The notes beneath the pieces are model-generated. The model saw nothing but the letters and a program-made list of their open reading frames with translations, did no database searches and was not told the DNA's origin. A DNA stretch of 54,170 nt, counting the filler, from Jimgerdemannia flammicorona (Eukaryota), in NCBI GenBank assembly GCA_003990765.1. It is 2 parts of 2 records of this genome, joined end to end, with 100 filler letters (N's around TTAATTAATTAA, not from the genome) between each part and the next. Parts side by side here need not be neighbours in the genome. Positions count along the whole stretch, not along the records: positions 27,139 to 54,170 come from RBNJ01000671.1; 1 more part is not named here. The stretch is one strand, 5' to 3'. Shown here piece after piece: positions 39,701 to 51,900 of the stretch. Position numbers and translations under genes: made by a program. Every line of letters starts with the position of its first letter. Positions within the stretch are counted from its first letter, which is position 1.

Positions 39701-39774
39701 AGCTGCTAGAGAATTTGTTATATTTGTGGGTACTGAGCAAGGGCTACCAAATGTTGTAGCAATTCAGGATCCAT
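36752..39774 (-). pseudogene. Multi-exon HECT-domain E3 ubiquitin ligase gene (G2E3-like), inactivated by C->T mutation
   Basis: Start MDPELLQHLVALAQYPQI*QIL*QLQQ (39774). GT-AG introns. C2HC finger CKFCNQPHYNILKCTLHETIC (~38430-38495). HECT N-lobe VKVTIINEPTVDQRGVVREVF and YQTLGWIIVASFLNYRLAPNCL. C-lobe WPVAHTCGPMLEIRDNY...SVMTLL* with the catalytic Cys codon at 36856-36854 and stop at 36752. Confidence 0.85.
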
Positions 39775-40299
39775 GACCAAATATCAGGAAAGACTTCTGA
39801 AATATGTTTCTTAAAGAAATGCAAATAATATTTAGTTTGTTGGGGAATTTTTGGATTTCTTTTTTTTGGCAGAAATTGTCACCTGTGATAGCAATCTATG
39901 AATGCATATAAAGTTGAAGATTGTCTTCCCAAGTGAAGTCCTTTTCCATAGATATATCTCTCAGCAAGAATCTGAGAGCTCATGACAAGTTTTATAACAC
40001 TTATGTTTATAGAACTGACTTATTACTAACTGTCTCTTTTGTATGTATAATGTGTAATATGCTCAAATAAATTATATTTATCTGCTCAGATACACTAGCA
40101 ACCAAATGCTTGGCAGTAGGGTGAATAGAGACTTGGTGTTAGGGGAAATGGAACTTGGTGGCAGAGGGGACTATTAAGTGATTGGAAAATAGAAATGTGA
40201 TATAAGGATTGAAAAATAAAAACTTAATAGTAGAGGAAAGAAACCCTTTTTGCAGATGACAGAGTGAACTTGTTGGCAGTAGAGGCAACAGAAACTTTA

Positions 40300-40560
40300 G
40301 TGGTGAAGAGAATGGAAAATGGAAATTTGACAATTGAGAGAAGGAAAACAATAACTTGACAGTGGAAAAAATGGAAAATCAGCAGTTAAGAGAACAGTGG
40401 GGCAGAATCTTAGCAAAGGAAATGGAAACTTGGCAAAGAGAATAGAAATTTGGCAAAGGAAATGGAAATTTGGTAAAAAGAATAGAATAAATTTGACAAA
40501 GAGAATAGAAATTTGATAAAGGGAATAGAAATTTGGCAAAGAGAATAGAAACTTATGTAA
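40300..40560. repeat. ~20-bp minisatellite (gagaatagaaatttggcaaa)
   Basis: Multiple imperfect tandem copies of gaat(a/g)gaaa(t/c)ttggcaaa. Confidence 0.7.
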
Positions 40561-40679
40561 GTTGAATCTGATTGATCTTATAGCTGAATGGAATGATTTA
40601 ATAGATATGATGTGTCTTGATAAATGTGAGGCACCTTAACACATATGATGTATATACAGCCTTGAGTGATATAAGTATC

Positions 40680-40885
40680 CACTTTTTTGATCAAATTTTG
40701 TCAATCTACTTTTTTTGGTCAAATTTCGTCAATCCAATTTTTTTGATCAAATATTTTGTCAATCCAATTTTTTTGGTCAAATTTTTATCATCAATCCAAT
40801 TTTTTTGATTAAATTCATCAATCTAATTTTTTGGTCAAATTTTTTATCATCAATTCATTTTTTTTAATCAAATTTCTTGTTGATC
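40680..40885. repeat. ~26-bp minisatellite (tttttggtcaaatttt..tcaatccaat)
   Basis: About 7 imperfect tandem copies. Confidence 0.75.
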
Positions 40886-41452
40886 CATGATTTGATAGTT
40901 TTGACCCTGATGGTGTACCATAGTTATCTCATAGTTGAGTTCTGTCTGACAGAAATCATGAAGATACTTAGATAATTGAGAGATTGTACATTTTCTTTAT
41001 TTTTTTCTTTCCCTTTATTTATCTAATTGGTTCTTCTATTATTGAGAGCATATTGAATTATATATTTCATGTCAGTTATTTGGGATTTTAGTTGTTAATA
41101 CTATTTCTCTATAGTTAGTGCTGAGTATTCATATTTTCTTTATCTTTTGCTTTGCATTTTATATCCACATTATAGCTGACAAAATGGTTTTATCTAGCCC
41201 ATCCCCTTGAGTGATCACCTCTCTGGTCTTTCAAAGGTGCAAACAACTATAGTAATAATAATAATAAAAATTTAATCCTATTATACTTAATTTTCAGAAT
41301 AATAATACATCCATCAGTCTATCTGAACATTTACATCCTTCATGCGACGATTTAACTATATACACATTTATATAATGTTATGGATTTCAAGTACACCTGA
41401 ATGAATATCTGATAGAAGGTTCAAGTTCACATATCGCTTCTGCACTTCAGAA

Positions 41453-44400
41453 TTATCCTATGCCTGGAAAAAGCAATGCCTTCACTATATCGAGGCTAAC
41501 ATGTGCTACGTCCGGGAATTCACGAACCTTCATGAAGTGATTGGGGGCGCCGGGACTGCCTCGAATATAGACAATACGGAATCCAGGCACGGGCGCGCCA
41601 TTATGGTCGGTGACGACGAACTCATGTGTCGTGGCATCCATGTTGGCAATGTGACCAGGACCAAACATCTCGTCCAGGTACATCTCGATCTGGTTTCTCC
41701 CGGCAATTTGCTGAATAGTCATACCGGGCAACCTACGCATCGGTCTTGCGAAAGCATTCTTGATGTCTGTCGATTCTTTAGCGTTGTGTGTGGCAAAGTC
41801 GCTGATTGATACCTGTATGAACATAGGTCCGAGCATGAAATCAAACCGGGGATATCTGTCGAAGCCACGGCCAAGGACTTTATCATAGCCAGGCCCAAGA
41901 GACAAGCAGTGAGGCTTAATCATCCTATAGTCTTTAAACTCGATCCTAACAGGGTTTGTGGCTTGGTTGTTGAGATCTGTTGCAGTGAATAAGGTTTCTG
42001 TGTTGGATCTGCTCAAAAGCCGATTAAACAGCGCGTCCTCAAATTGCTCTCCAGACAGTTTGCCTATTCGAAGTTGATTTATCACAATTTGAGGTAGGTC
42101 GAATGTCAAGTACATATTCAAGAGAGCTTTCTGGGCAGACGGGCATAGAGGGAGGTAATGGGTATGTTTGAGGGGGTCCTTGAATCGATAAACAAGCCCA
42201 AGATCCAAGAACTTCCATTCGAACGCTACTCTGGTGCCGCTGGGGAGGAACATCCTTCCGAGGGCGCTACGGTAGCGGTTTTTTTCAATGTCCGGGAGAT
42301 TAATGAAGTAGTTTTGGGCAATACCCTGAAATTTTTCTATCCGTTCGTTCTCGAATTCGCTTACAATATCTTTGAAGGAGTTCACATTGGTAAAAGCAAG
42401 GTCGGAATTGATAAATGCGTCCAGTTGTATGAGCTCGCGCGGCACGCAGTTCGTCACCTTCTTCACTTCTTCTTTGATAATAGTTGTTGATCCCAGGAAG
42501 GTGTGAAGTCCCAGCAGCTTGTCGAAAATATCATCTGTAAGCGGACCGGCAAATTCAATCCAATCTTGCATACCATCTCGCAGGTACTTCTTCTCAAACT
42601 TTGCATGTGCCGTACCGGTCAAGACCACACGCGCCCCTGCAGCACTTTCTGCCCAATATGTAAGGCTCATCAAGGGGATCAAGACAGGAAGCCGTTGAGG
42701 TGTGGGAGGGTCACTGATGAACAGAACACCATGCTCGTCGACGACTAGGAGAGTTTTGCGGCTTATTTGCTGGAGCAGATCACAAAAGATGGTTGCGGCG
42801 ATAGACACTACGAGAGGCTTTGATTTATCCTCATGCTGCACCAATTGCTTGAGTTCAGCGGCAGTCAGAATGTCTTTGTTGATTGACAAAAAGCGCTTGC
42901 AAATCGCTATTGACGAAATCTCCTCTGTAGGTTGATCAATTTTGGTCGCATCGGCGATATAGAGCATTGGCCAATATTCGGAATATGCCTTGGCAGCGAG
43001 GAACAGTGCAAGGTACGACTTCCCCACACCCATTGGACCTGAAAGAACGCGCTTGATCGAGTGGGGTTGAATGGATGACTGTTGCTGATCTGCTGAAAGC
43101 AACTGCCATATATCAACCATTTGCTGAGTAACAATGAACGTCCCTTCTTGGTAGCCCTGTCCAAAGTGTTTGGGGCGGTCACCGAGATTTGGCAGCGTAA
43201 TGGATTGGCCAGCTCGAACGTTCTGCAAGACGTTTGCGAAATTGAGACGGCTTTCAGGTACGTATTTGTGGTCGTTGAGCATGGCAATTATATTGGGTGG
43301 CAAGTCCACAGATTGGCCATCAGAAGCAGTATATGATTGCCAGCTCTCTTCAAAACGAGGAGCTGCAGAGAGTGAAGGAAAACGTTAAGTAATGAATGCA
43401 TGGAACGATGTTCGAGCGAGGTAGGAGTCTTGATGTTAGAAGAAATAATATATAAAATATATTTTCCCCCTTTGAACTTTACGCCGCTCGCCCAACATTC
43501 GATGCAGATAACGAAATGAAAGGGCAAAAAGTTGAATACCTTGGGGAGCTGCAGACGGTGATGGCGAACGGGGTGTGAGCGAGATACGAGACAGAAAAGA
43601 AATTGTAAGAGAGTGGTTTGGAAACGAGTTAAGATATGTTTTTTTATACAACCGCTTGTATAAATGAAAAAAAGTAAGCAGGCAGGCCGTCCGCCGACCA
43701 AGCTAAAAGTAGGTGTATGTACGCGACACTTACCAGAGCCGCTGACGAGCCCCATGGCAACTTTTAGATCCTTAACTAGTCTGTCGATCCCTGCTGCTGG
43801 CCCTCCTTTCAGATGGTATGGCTTGTCAATAAGGTCGGTCTTGGTCAGCTCCAGTAAACCTATGCCGGCGACTTCTTGTCCTTGAATGACTTTAATATGT
43901 TCGTCTCCGAACTGGCGATTTTTGTTGACATTCAGGAAGGTGAAAACGTCAATGGTGCCCCAATCATGGTGATTTTTTTGTCGGAGAAAATCAGGGATGA
44001 CGGGAGTAGAAGAGGCAGAGGAAGGTTCCGCGGCTGACGATGAGACATTTCCTGAAGTCTACCAAGCCAGGACAGAACGTTACATTTGCAAAGGTCATTA
44101 GTGTTGCAAACTCATAACACTTTGAAGCAAGTATAGCATATAATATAACGCAGTAATGCACCTGGATCTCTCCAGTAGCTGCAGGTCTTGGGCTCTTTGA
44201 TGGCTGGCCAGTTTCCGTGGCGCTTGCCTTAGTGACCAGCGTTCCGGACGCCTACAAAGACATCACATAATGCAACGAACGGTATTTGTAATAATGTTAG
44301 AATAGCAAACGAAAAGAGACCTGTCAGGCTTAGGACGGAGGAGACATTCAGTTACTTTACCTCTGCAGCAATATTACTGCTTTCCGTCATCTGGTCATCG

Positions 44401-44564
44401 TCAACGTCGGAGGGAGTTTTCTTGGGTGGGACGAGGACAGTCTTGGGCTTCTATGTGGCCATGACAGAGAATGTTAGGAGTGCAACTGGCAAATAGAACG
44501 AGATGAAGGTTTTACACCTTACGCCGTTATCTCTTGGCTCTAACCTTGCCACTACCATGCCCAT
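41453..44564 (-). CDS. Crinkler-type protein: low-complexity N-terminus, SAM domain, P-loop NTPase, C-terminal restriction-endonuclease-like domain (~820 aa)
   Basis: Exons 44564-44523, 44450-44361, 44251-44162, 44058-43734, an optional 9-nt exon 43548-43540, and 43362-41453, all GT-AG and in phase. SAM-like WGTIDVFTFL...HIKVIQGQEVAGIGLLELTKTDLIDKPYHLKGGPAAGIDRLVKDL. Walker A GPMGVGKS, Walker B LLVVDEH, TNCVPREL. REase-like FE...PRFDFMLGPMFIQVSISDF. NTPase+REase architectures are established for CRN proteins. Confidence 0.85.
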
Positions 44565-45379
44565 TCCTCGACGCCTTTCCTGAGATCGCCTTTCCTGAGA
44601 TCGATGATGACGTGAAGTGAAGAAACCAGCGCGAATGATCAGATATGTTCTTTTAACTGGACGTTCAAGAATATGGAGCTCTACGTAACTATGGTTCCTA
44701 GCCCCTTTCTCCCATTGCTGAAAATGCACTACCGAATAGAAATTGATACTCTAACCATTAGAATGATTGCTCGCTTACCTCTTATTTTGGACGTTCTGGC
44801 CTTTTTTATCCCAGGGTCATCGCCGGCCTCGTCCTCCAGTCCTGTGCGTAGAGAAGAGAGTTAGGAGGGGCTGTGAATAAAAGACGGCAAGTTGCAGAGA
44901 GCTTTTCGACTCCAAAGTCAAATCACGACAACTAGGAGAAACAGGCCACAATCGTTTCCCAGAGTGCACCAAACACTCAGACTACACCAATATAGTCGTT
45001 AGTATAAGTGATACGCACCTGGCGTAGGTGATTGCCGGTTGGCGACTGTTGAAAGAGTAAGTTTGAGTTGGTGCATATAGCATACATTATCACACGAGAG
45101 ACTTGCAAAGAACAAGTCAGTTTCAATGTAACTATTTACCTTCATCGGCCCCCTCACTATCTGAGAGTTTACGTTTCTTTTGGCTGCATAAATCCATTTG
45201 AATCACTTGGCCTTTGTCTTTGTTCTTTGGTCGCTTTCTATTTAAGGTAGTAGGTCGGACCTTGTGAGTTTTGGGCATGGTGGTTTGGTATGGTGGTTGG
45301 GTGTGTTTTAGGCAGCGGCGTATATCGGACCAATTTTGACTTGTGTGAAACATTACAAATCGATGACGTATTACTATGT

Positions 45380-46306
45380 CAATTCGATTTAAAAGTTATC
45401 ATTTATAAATTTAAAATTTCTAAATTATATAATATATAATTGTGATCTACTTTAATACTTATATTTTTAATTATAATAATTTTAACTAATAAAATATATT
45501 TATATTTATATATATAATATAATATAGTTTAAATTTAACTTAATATTATAATTAATAACTCAAACTTTATATTCTAAATTTATATAAATAACTTAAAATA
45601 ATCAGAAAAGTTTAGTAAAATAAGAGTATTTTAATAATAAAATAATAAAATATATTATTTTATATTTTAGTTTTACTTATTTCAGTAGTCTAATAATAAT
45701 ATCTTTAGTTATTATTATTAAGTATATTTTATTATTAACTTTAAAGTTAAAAATAATTTTAAGATATAATTTTTAAGTTATAAATTTATTATATTAGAAT
45801 ATTAACTTTATATAGATATATAATTTAAACTATTTTATTAATTTTACATTATTAGTAATTATAGTTAGTACTTCTAAATAAATAAGTTCAAATTAAACTG
45901 AGATCTCATTTAATTTAATTCAAAATTTTTATTATAAATTCAAAATATAATTAAATTTAATATTTTTTATTATATTAGATTTATTTTAATAAGATATATC
46001 TAATAAGCCAAAGTTTATTAAATTTAGATATAGTTTAGTTAAGTTATTGAATTTTAAAAAAATAGATTCAAATTGAACTTTGATTTTAATTAAATCTAAT
46101 TAAATTAAAGTATATTTAATTTAATTTAATTTATATATTTTAATTAATAATTATTAAAATTATATAATTTATATCATTAAAAAATTACTTTCTCTTTAAC
46201 TATATAAATTAGAGTTATATTAGAACTGAGTAATTATAAATAAATATATATATAAAAATATATACTAAAATAATATATTAGAATTAGTCTAAATAGATAT
46301 ATATAG
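45380..46306. repeat. Extremely AT-rich decayed repeat DNA, including a relic of the hAT-MITE family (~45864-46140)
   Basis: tagtacttctaaataaat at ~45864 matches the MITE terminus tagtacttccaaatgaat after C->T and G->A changes. Almost no G or C remains. Confidence 0.55.
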
Positions 46307-47480
46307 TGTGACGTTGGTTATGTATAATGAACTTCAACTGCACGGCTCAATGTGTGCCACTGGTGAAGCGTGCGATGGATAACTGAGTGCATTTGTGATG
46401 GTTACAGGTTGATGGTCACATGATGGGTCATTCAATTTGTGCAGTAATTGATAATAGCAGGAGTTTGATTGTTCATTGGCTCTGGACATTGATGGCTCAA
46501 TTGTTTAGTGGATAAGGGCAGCGATTATGCTGGCTAAGTTTCCTGGTAGTGATTAACTTGGCGGCAAACTCGGTGACGATGGGCTTGCTCTTTATGCAGT
46601 CAATTAAAGCGGGCGACGGTCTTGACTTTAAGCAGTTCGTGGTGCAGTAGGTCAGAAAAACGGTTGATGGCTCGCTCATCCGTCTTGTTTAGCTTGAGAG
46701 GGCAGGATAACTTGGGTCTTTGGCAGTCATTCGGGTCTTTGGCAGCAGGTCAGTCTTTGGCTGGGTATCCTTGGGTTCCTGGGTCTTAAATGGCAGTCGA
46801 ATGGTGGCAGTTGTGGTCTTGAATCCTTGGGTTTCCGGGTCTCAAATGGCAGTCAAATGGCGGTGGTCGGGTAATGTTTTCTTTCCGTGGCAAGAGAAAA
46901 TTCTTTAACTCAAACCTCGAGCGATCGTTGCTCTAGTTATCTTGTTCTCAGAATTTATCCGGTCTCTTGGAGGCAGTGGTTTCTTTGTAATCCTTTTTAC
47001 TTTTAAACACAAGCTGACTGAGGCTTTATTCACTTTAAGAATATGGGTTATTTATACAAGTTTGCTAGCTATGGGCGCGGCTAAGGTATACTATGTTGTG
47101 GCGAACTTCGCTATGCTATTAGCTTGCACGATGCAAGGTGCAGGCTATTGTTTACTACAGATTGGGTTGTAGGGGATAGCAATGCTGAAAACGGGTGTGA
47201 CAATTGTTTGCACCGAATAGGGATAAGATGAGTACTAGTGCTGGATATGGATGTTGTGGGTGGTAATGCTGGATTCAGACTTACTGACAAAATGCTGAAA
47301 ATGGTTGCACTGGATAGCGACGCTGGAAACGGTTGTACTGGGTAGCAATACTGGATTCGGACTTGCTGACATGAAGGCTACACAATTCTCACAGCTGACA
47401 GGTGGTGCTTCTAGAGGAAATAGTACCCTTCGTCCGCGGCAGGCAAATCTTGCTGGGTTAAGATTTCTTCTTCATCATAC
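46307..47480 (-). mobile_element. 3' LTR of the Gypsy element (inner boundary uncertain, ~47410-47480)
   Basis: Abrupt switch from AT-rich DNA to TGTGACG at 46307 (...CGTCACA end on the minus strand). Minus-strand TATAAATA/AATAAA core at 47018-47084. Internal short repeats. Candidate PPT GAGGAGAGG (minus) at ~47480-47488. Confidence 0.6.
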
Positions 47481-48397
47481 CTCTCCTCAAAAGGGGGAAG
47501 CGCCGGCCAAGAGGTGAGGGGGTAGAAAAGTGGCCAGTCATCTTCAACAACATTCTCCAACCCTTGAACAGCTTGAATGCAGACAGAGGACTGGTAGACT
47601 CTCTGTTGCTCCTCTTCTTCTTCTGAAGGCTCATCAGTTTCAGTGTCAGAGGGGGTTTCTTCAGGGGCAGGGTCTTGGAGTTCTTGGGCTTCCTCCTTAA
47701 AGACAGGGACCTCTTGGGCTTCTTCTTGATTCAGTTCCCAAATGATGAGATGTGAATTGTGGCTGACAGGGTGGTGGGTGGTAGGGGTAGCTCCAACAGG
47801 TGCTTCTATAGTAATGGGCGGTCCTTCAAACATCTCTATAAGGCTCATTAGGTGATCTTGATGGTTGTCTTGGAGTGGGGTGGTGTGGAAACCTGGTTGA
47901 GTAGGTTCGGTTTGTTGACTTCCTATAGTGACGCAGTTGCTGCCAGTAGAGTTGGCTACTTCAGATTCTATCCAGTCAGCATCTTCAGTTGAAAGGCGGG
48001 AAAGGCTGCCAGTCATTACTCCTTGCAAGTGTGCTATGGCCCAGGGAATATGGCAGAAGATTTGGTGGACATGGAGGGCTCTCTTGATTAGCCGGCTAGT
48101 GGTTATCAATTCGGTAATGAGGCCTTCCCGGTCATCTTCTTGAGTCTCATTGCGAAGACAGTGTCTGATTTCGTAGTCATGCCAGAGGGTCATTCGTTTG
48201 GTAGTATCTTTGAGCTATTGAGTCATTATATACCGGTAGTTGATGAAGTGTCCAAGGTCCTCGGTGTAGAAGTTCAAGTATTCGGAAGTATCTGGGTACC
48301 AAATGGCCTTCTTGATAGCTTCAAAGATCAGGGTCTTTGGGCCAGGCAGAGGGGTAGAGTGGTGGGAGGTCTGGTTGGTTCAGCGAATGAGAGGCAT
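47411..48397 (-). pseudogene. Extra ORF (ORF3) downstream of integrase in the Gypsy element, unknown function, acidic C-terminus
   Basis: The 260-aa open frame 48193-47411 extends in frame to an ATG at 48397 across one TGA and one TAG (MPLIR*TNQ...WYPDTSEYLNFYTEDLGHFINYRYIMTQ*LKDTTKRMTLWHDYEIRHCL...). No signal peptide or TM helix was seen. Confidence 0.6.
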
Positions 48398-48928
48398 TGT
48401 GTGGTGGGTACTTGGTTCTTTGGTGCCAATCCCTGAGGCGGAGTATGGTTCCTTAAATAACGTGGTCTTTATTTTGGCTCGGATCATCTTGTCTTCTTTG
48501 GGATGATCACCTAATGGGTCAGGCTGTCTATTTGATTGTCATGCCATTATGTCATCTGACCTTAGCAGTCACCGATACTCCATTGTCAATTATGTATGTC
48601 ACATCTGCCCCTTGCAAAATTAGAGCCGTCCTCAGCGGTGAGGGTTACACAGAGTTGGGTGGTCTTAACTCCAGGGACGAGCGGAATGCTGGCGCATTTG
48701 TGAGGACTGGCCATCCTTGTCTAGAGCGAGGGCTCCCATGGTCATGGCTGGGGGTTTGAATCCATCAGAAATAGTATTACTTGTAATCCGAGGCAATTTC
48801 TTAGTAACAATGTCTGTCACGTGGATGGGCTTGAGTCTGGTTCCAATGTTGTTGACTTTCTTGAGTTCCGAGTGAAACATCCATCGTATCTCCAGTGGAG
48901 ACGACACAGACAGAGTGAACAGAATTGT

Positions 48929-51900
48929 TCAAATGTATTTTGCTTCTCTTGAGTAGTAGAGTCTTATGTGGTTGCAATGTATCTTAGTCTTGAGTATAAC
49001 TCCATCCAAGGTCTTGAGTTGATAAGTGTGGTTCAAGAATACTTGATATATGAGATAGAGGCCTTCCCATTTTGGTTCAAGCTTGGCACTCCAATTTCCT
49101 TCTATGTTGGTACAGTACACCAGAACCTTTTGTCCAATGAGCAGGGGTTCGAGGTCAGCTTTGCAGTCGTAGTACCTCTTTTGTCATTCTTGTGCCTTAG
49201 CGATAAATCCTCATGCTTGCTGGCATATGTCGTGTAACTGGGTGATCTCTTCTGTGACTCATTTTGACAGATCTAGCTAGACTGGTTCAGTAGGATCTTG
49301 TGCTTCTCGGCCATACACCAAATAGAAGGGGGTCTGTTGGATAGCAGTTGCCTTAGAGGTATGGATGCTGAACAGAATTGCCGGTAGATAGATGTCCCAG
49401 TTTAGTTGATCTCTGGTTCTACTGAGACCTCGCTTGATAGTCTGGTTCATTCGTTCAGTGAGTCCATTTGCTGTAGGTGGTAGGCTGTTGTTGGTTGTAG
49501 CTTGATCTTGAAGTTGCTCGCAAAGGTCTTCATGGCTTGGTTGACAAATTCTTGACCTTGGTCTGTAATGATTTCCTTGGGCACACCATGGCGGCTGAAA
49601 ATTTCATCATACAGGATCCCAATAATTGTCTGGGCATCAGCAGTCTCGATGGCAAAGGCTTCAGGCCATTTTGTCAGGTGGTCTTCGATAGTGAGGATGT
49701 AGCGTCTTCCTTGGCTGGTTACTGGTAGAGTTCCAATAATGTCTATTCCTAGTCTTTGAAAGGCTCCAGCTAGTGCTGCGATTGGTATTAATGGTGCTCT
49801 GTCGGTAGGCTTTTGTCAGTAGCTTTGGTAGGTATCACATTGTTGAATGTATATTGAAATTTGTTTTCTCATCTTGGGCCACCAGTATTGCTTCTTGATT
49901 CTTGCGATTGTGGCGCCAATTCCTCGGTGTGCATTTTGGTCATGATTTGTTGTCAGGATCTTCAATATTTCTTCTTCTCTTGGAACTTGGGTGTACTGCT
50001 CTCCTTCTACTCTCCAAAGTTCGCCGTTGCCTTCTTGGAATTTTTTGAAATTCCTTTGGATAAACAACTTGTGGGCTGGTTGGATTCCTTTCTTGAAGCT
50101 TCTATGGTGTAGACTCCAGGTGAGGGCAAGGCACAATTCTTGGTTCATTTGAGTGAGCGGGAAGCAGCCTTCTCTTGTGGGGGCTCCTTCCCTTCTTGTT
50201 GATTTCACGGGATTCTTGATAGGGTATCGACATTGGAATTCTTAGCACCTTTCTTGTAGACAATAGTGAACTGATATTCTTGCAGGGACATGATCCATCT
50301 AGTGAAGATTCCTGAGGGCTCTGGCTTGTTGAACAACCATTGTAGAGCTTGATGGTCAGTGATGAGGGCGAATCTCTTTTCCAAGAGATAGTGTCGAAAG
50401 TGGTCCACAGCCCAAACTACTGCTAGGCATTCTAACTTAGTGGCTCCATAGTTCACTTGTGTTTCATTCATGGCCTTGCTAGCATATTTGATAACATGCT
50501 CCCTCTTCTGGTCATCTTGCTGAGACAGAATTGATCCAAGTCCTAAGGCTGAGACATTAGTTGCCAGGATGAATGGTTTGCCAAAGTCTGGTCATACCAG
50601 GACAGGGGCTTCGGTAAGGGCCTTCTTGAGTAGGTCAAATGACTTTTGTTGTTCCTTTTTCCAGTAGAATGGTTGGTCCTTCTTGGAGATATCTTGGAGA
50701 GGTGCTGCCTTATCTGAAAACCTTGGGATGAATCATCGATAGTAGGATGCCAGCATAAGGAAGGATAGGGTCTCCTTTGCTGAGGTCAGGGTTGGGTAGT
50801 TCTTGACTTTCTCCACCTTGCAGGGGTCGGCATATGTTCCTTGAGCTGAGACAACATATCCCAGATATTCGACTTGATGTTTTCCAAAGAAGCACTTCTT
50901 GGCATTGAGTCTGAGTCCTGAATTTCGAATGGTATTGAATACTTCACGAAGGTCTTGCAAATGCTGCTTGAATGTCTCAGAGTAGATGATGACATCATCT
51001 ATGTACACTAGTACATTTCTTCCAATGAGGTCCCGGTAGACATGGTTCATCATTCATTGGAATGAGGCGGGTGCATTGCAGAGTCCAAAGGGCATTCATA
51101 GGTATTCATACTGTCCTCGTCTGGTGATGAAGGCTGTCTTGCAGATATCTTCTTTGGCAATGGGTATTACTTGGAATCCTTGGAACTGGTCGGTAGTGGT
51201 CATATATTTGACTTTTCCGAGGGCATTGATGAGGTCATCAATTCTTGGCAGTGGGTAGGCATCTTCTGTGGTGACTTTGTTGAGTTTTCTGAAATCCATG
51301 ACTAATCTCTCCTTTCTTTGGTACTATGATTACTGGTGAGGCCCAGGGGCTTGATGATGGTCTGATGACTCTATTTCGTAGCATTTTGTCTATGTGTTGT
51401 TGTTCAAATTCAATCAGATGATGTGGTATTCGGTAGGGTCGTTGTCAGATCGGTCTTGCATTTCCGGTATGTATAGGGTGTTCTCCATATTGATATGGTG
51501 GGAAGTTATCGTATATAGTGGTAAATATATCTTTATACTCCTCTATCAACTCCTGTATTTGTTGTTGCTGGTCCTTGGTTAGAGTTGTCTCGATGTCAAT
51601 GGCTTTGATTGCTGAATTTGCTGAGTCTTCCTCCCTGGTACCATCAGTCTCACCAGAGAGGGCTTGCCATTTCCCAAGAATTCGAAGACTTCTTCCTTGT
51701 AGGTGTCTATCAGTGGTTCGAAATATCCCAGTGTTATTCCCTTGGAAATAGTTATCACTTCGAAGCCCGAATTTCTGATAGGGATGTGGATTGGTGACAT
51801 CTGGTCATGAATTCGTTCTTCAGCCAGGAGGATGTGGTATTCCTTTTGAAGCTTCAGTGATGGAGCAAATATCAAGTTGTTTGCTTCTACTGGTAGGTGC

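Noticed and set aside
47411..48397. Calling ORF3 an envelope gene
   Set aside because: No signal peptide, fusion peptide or transmembrane anchor is visible.
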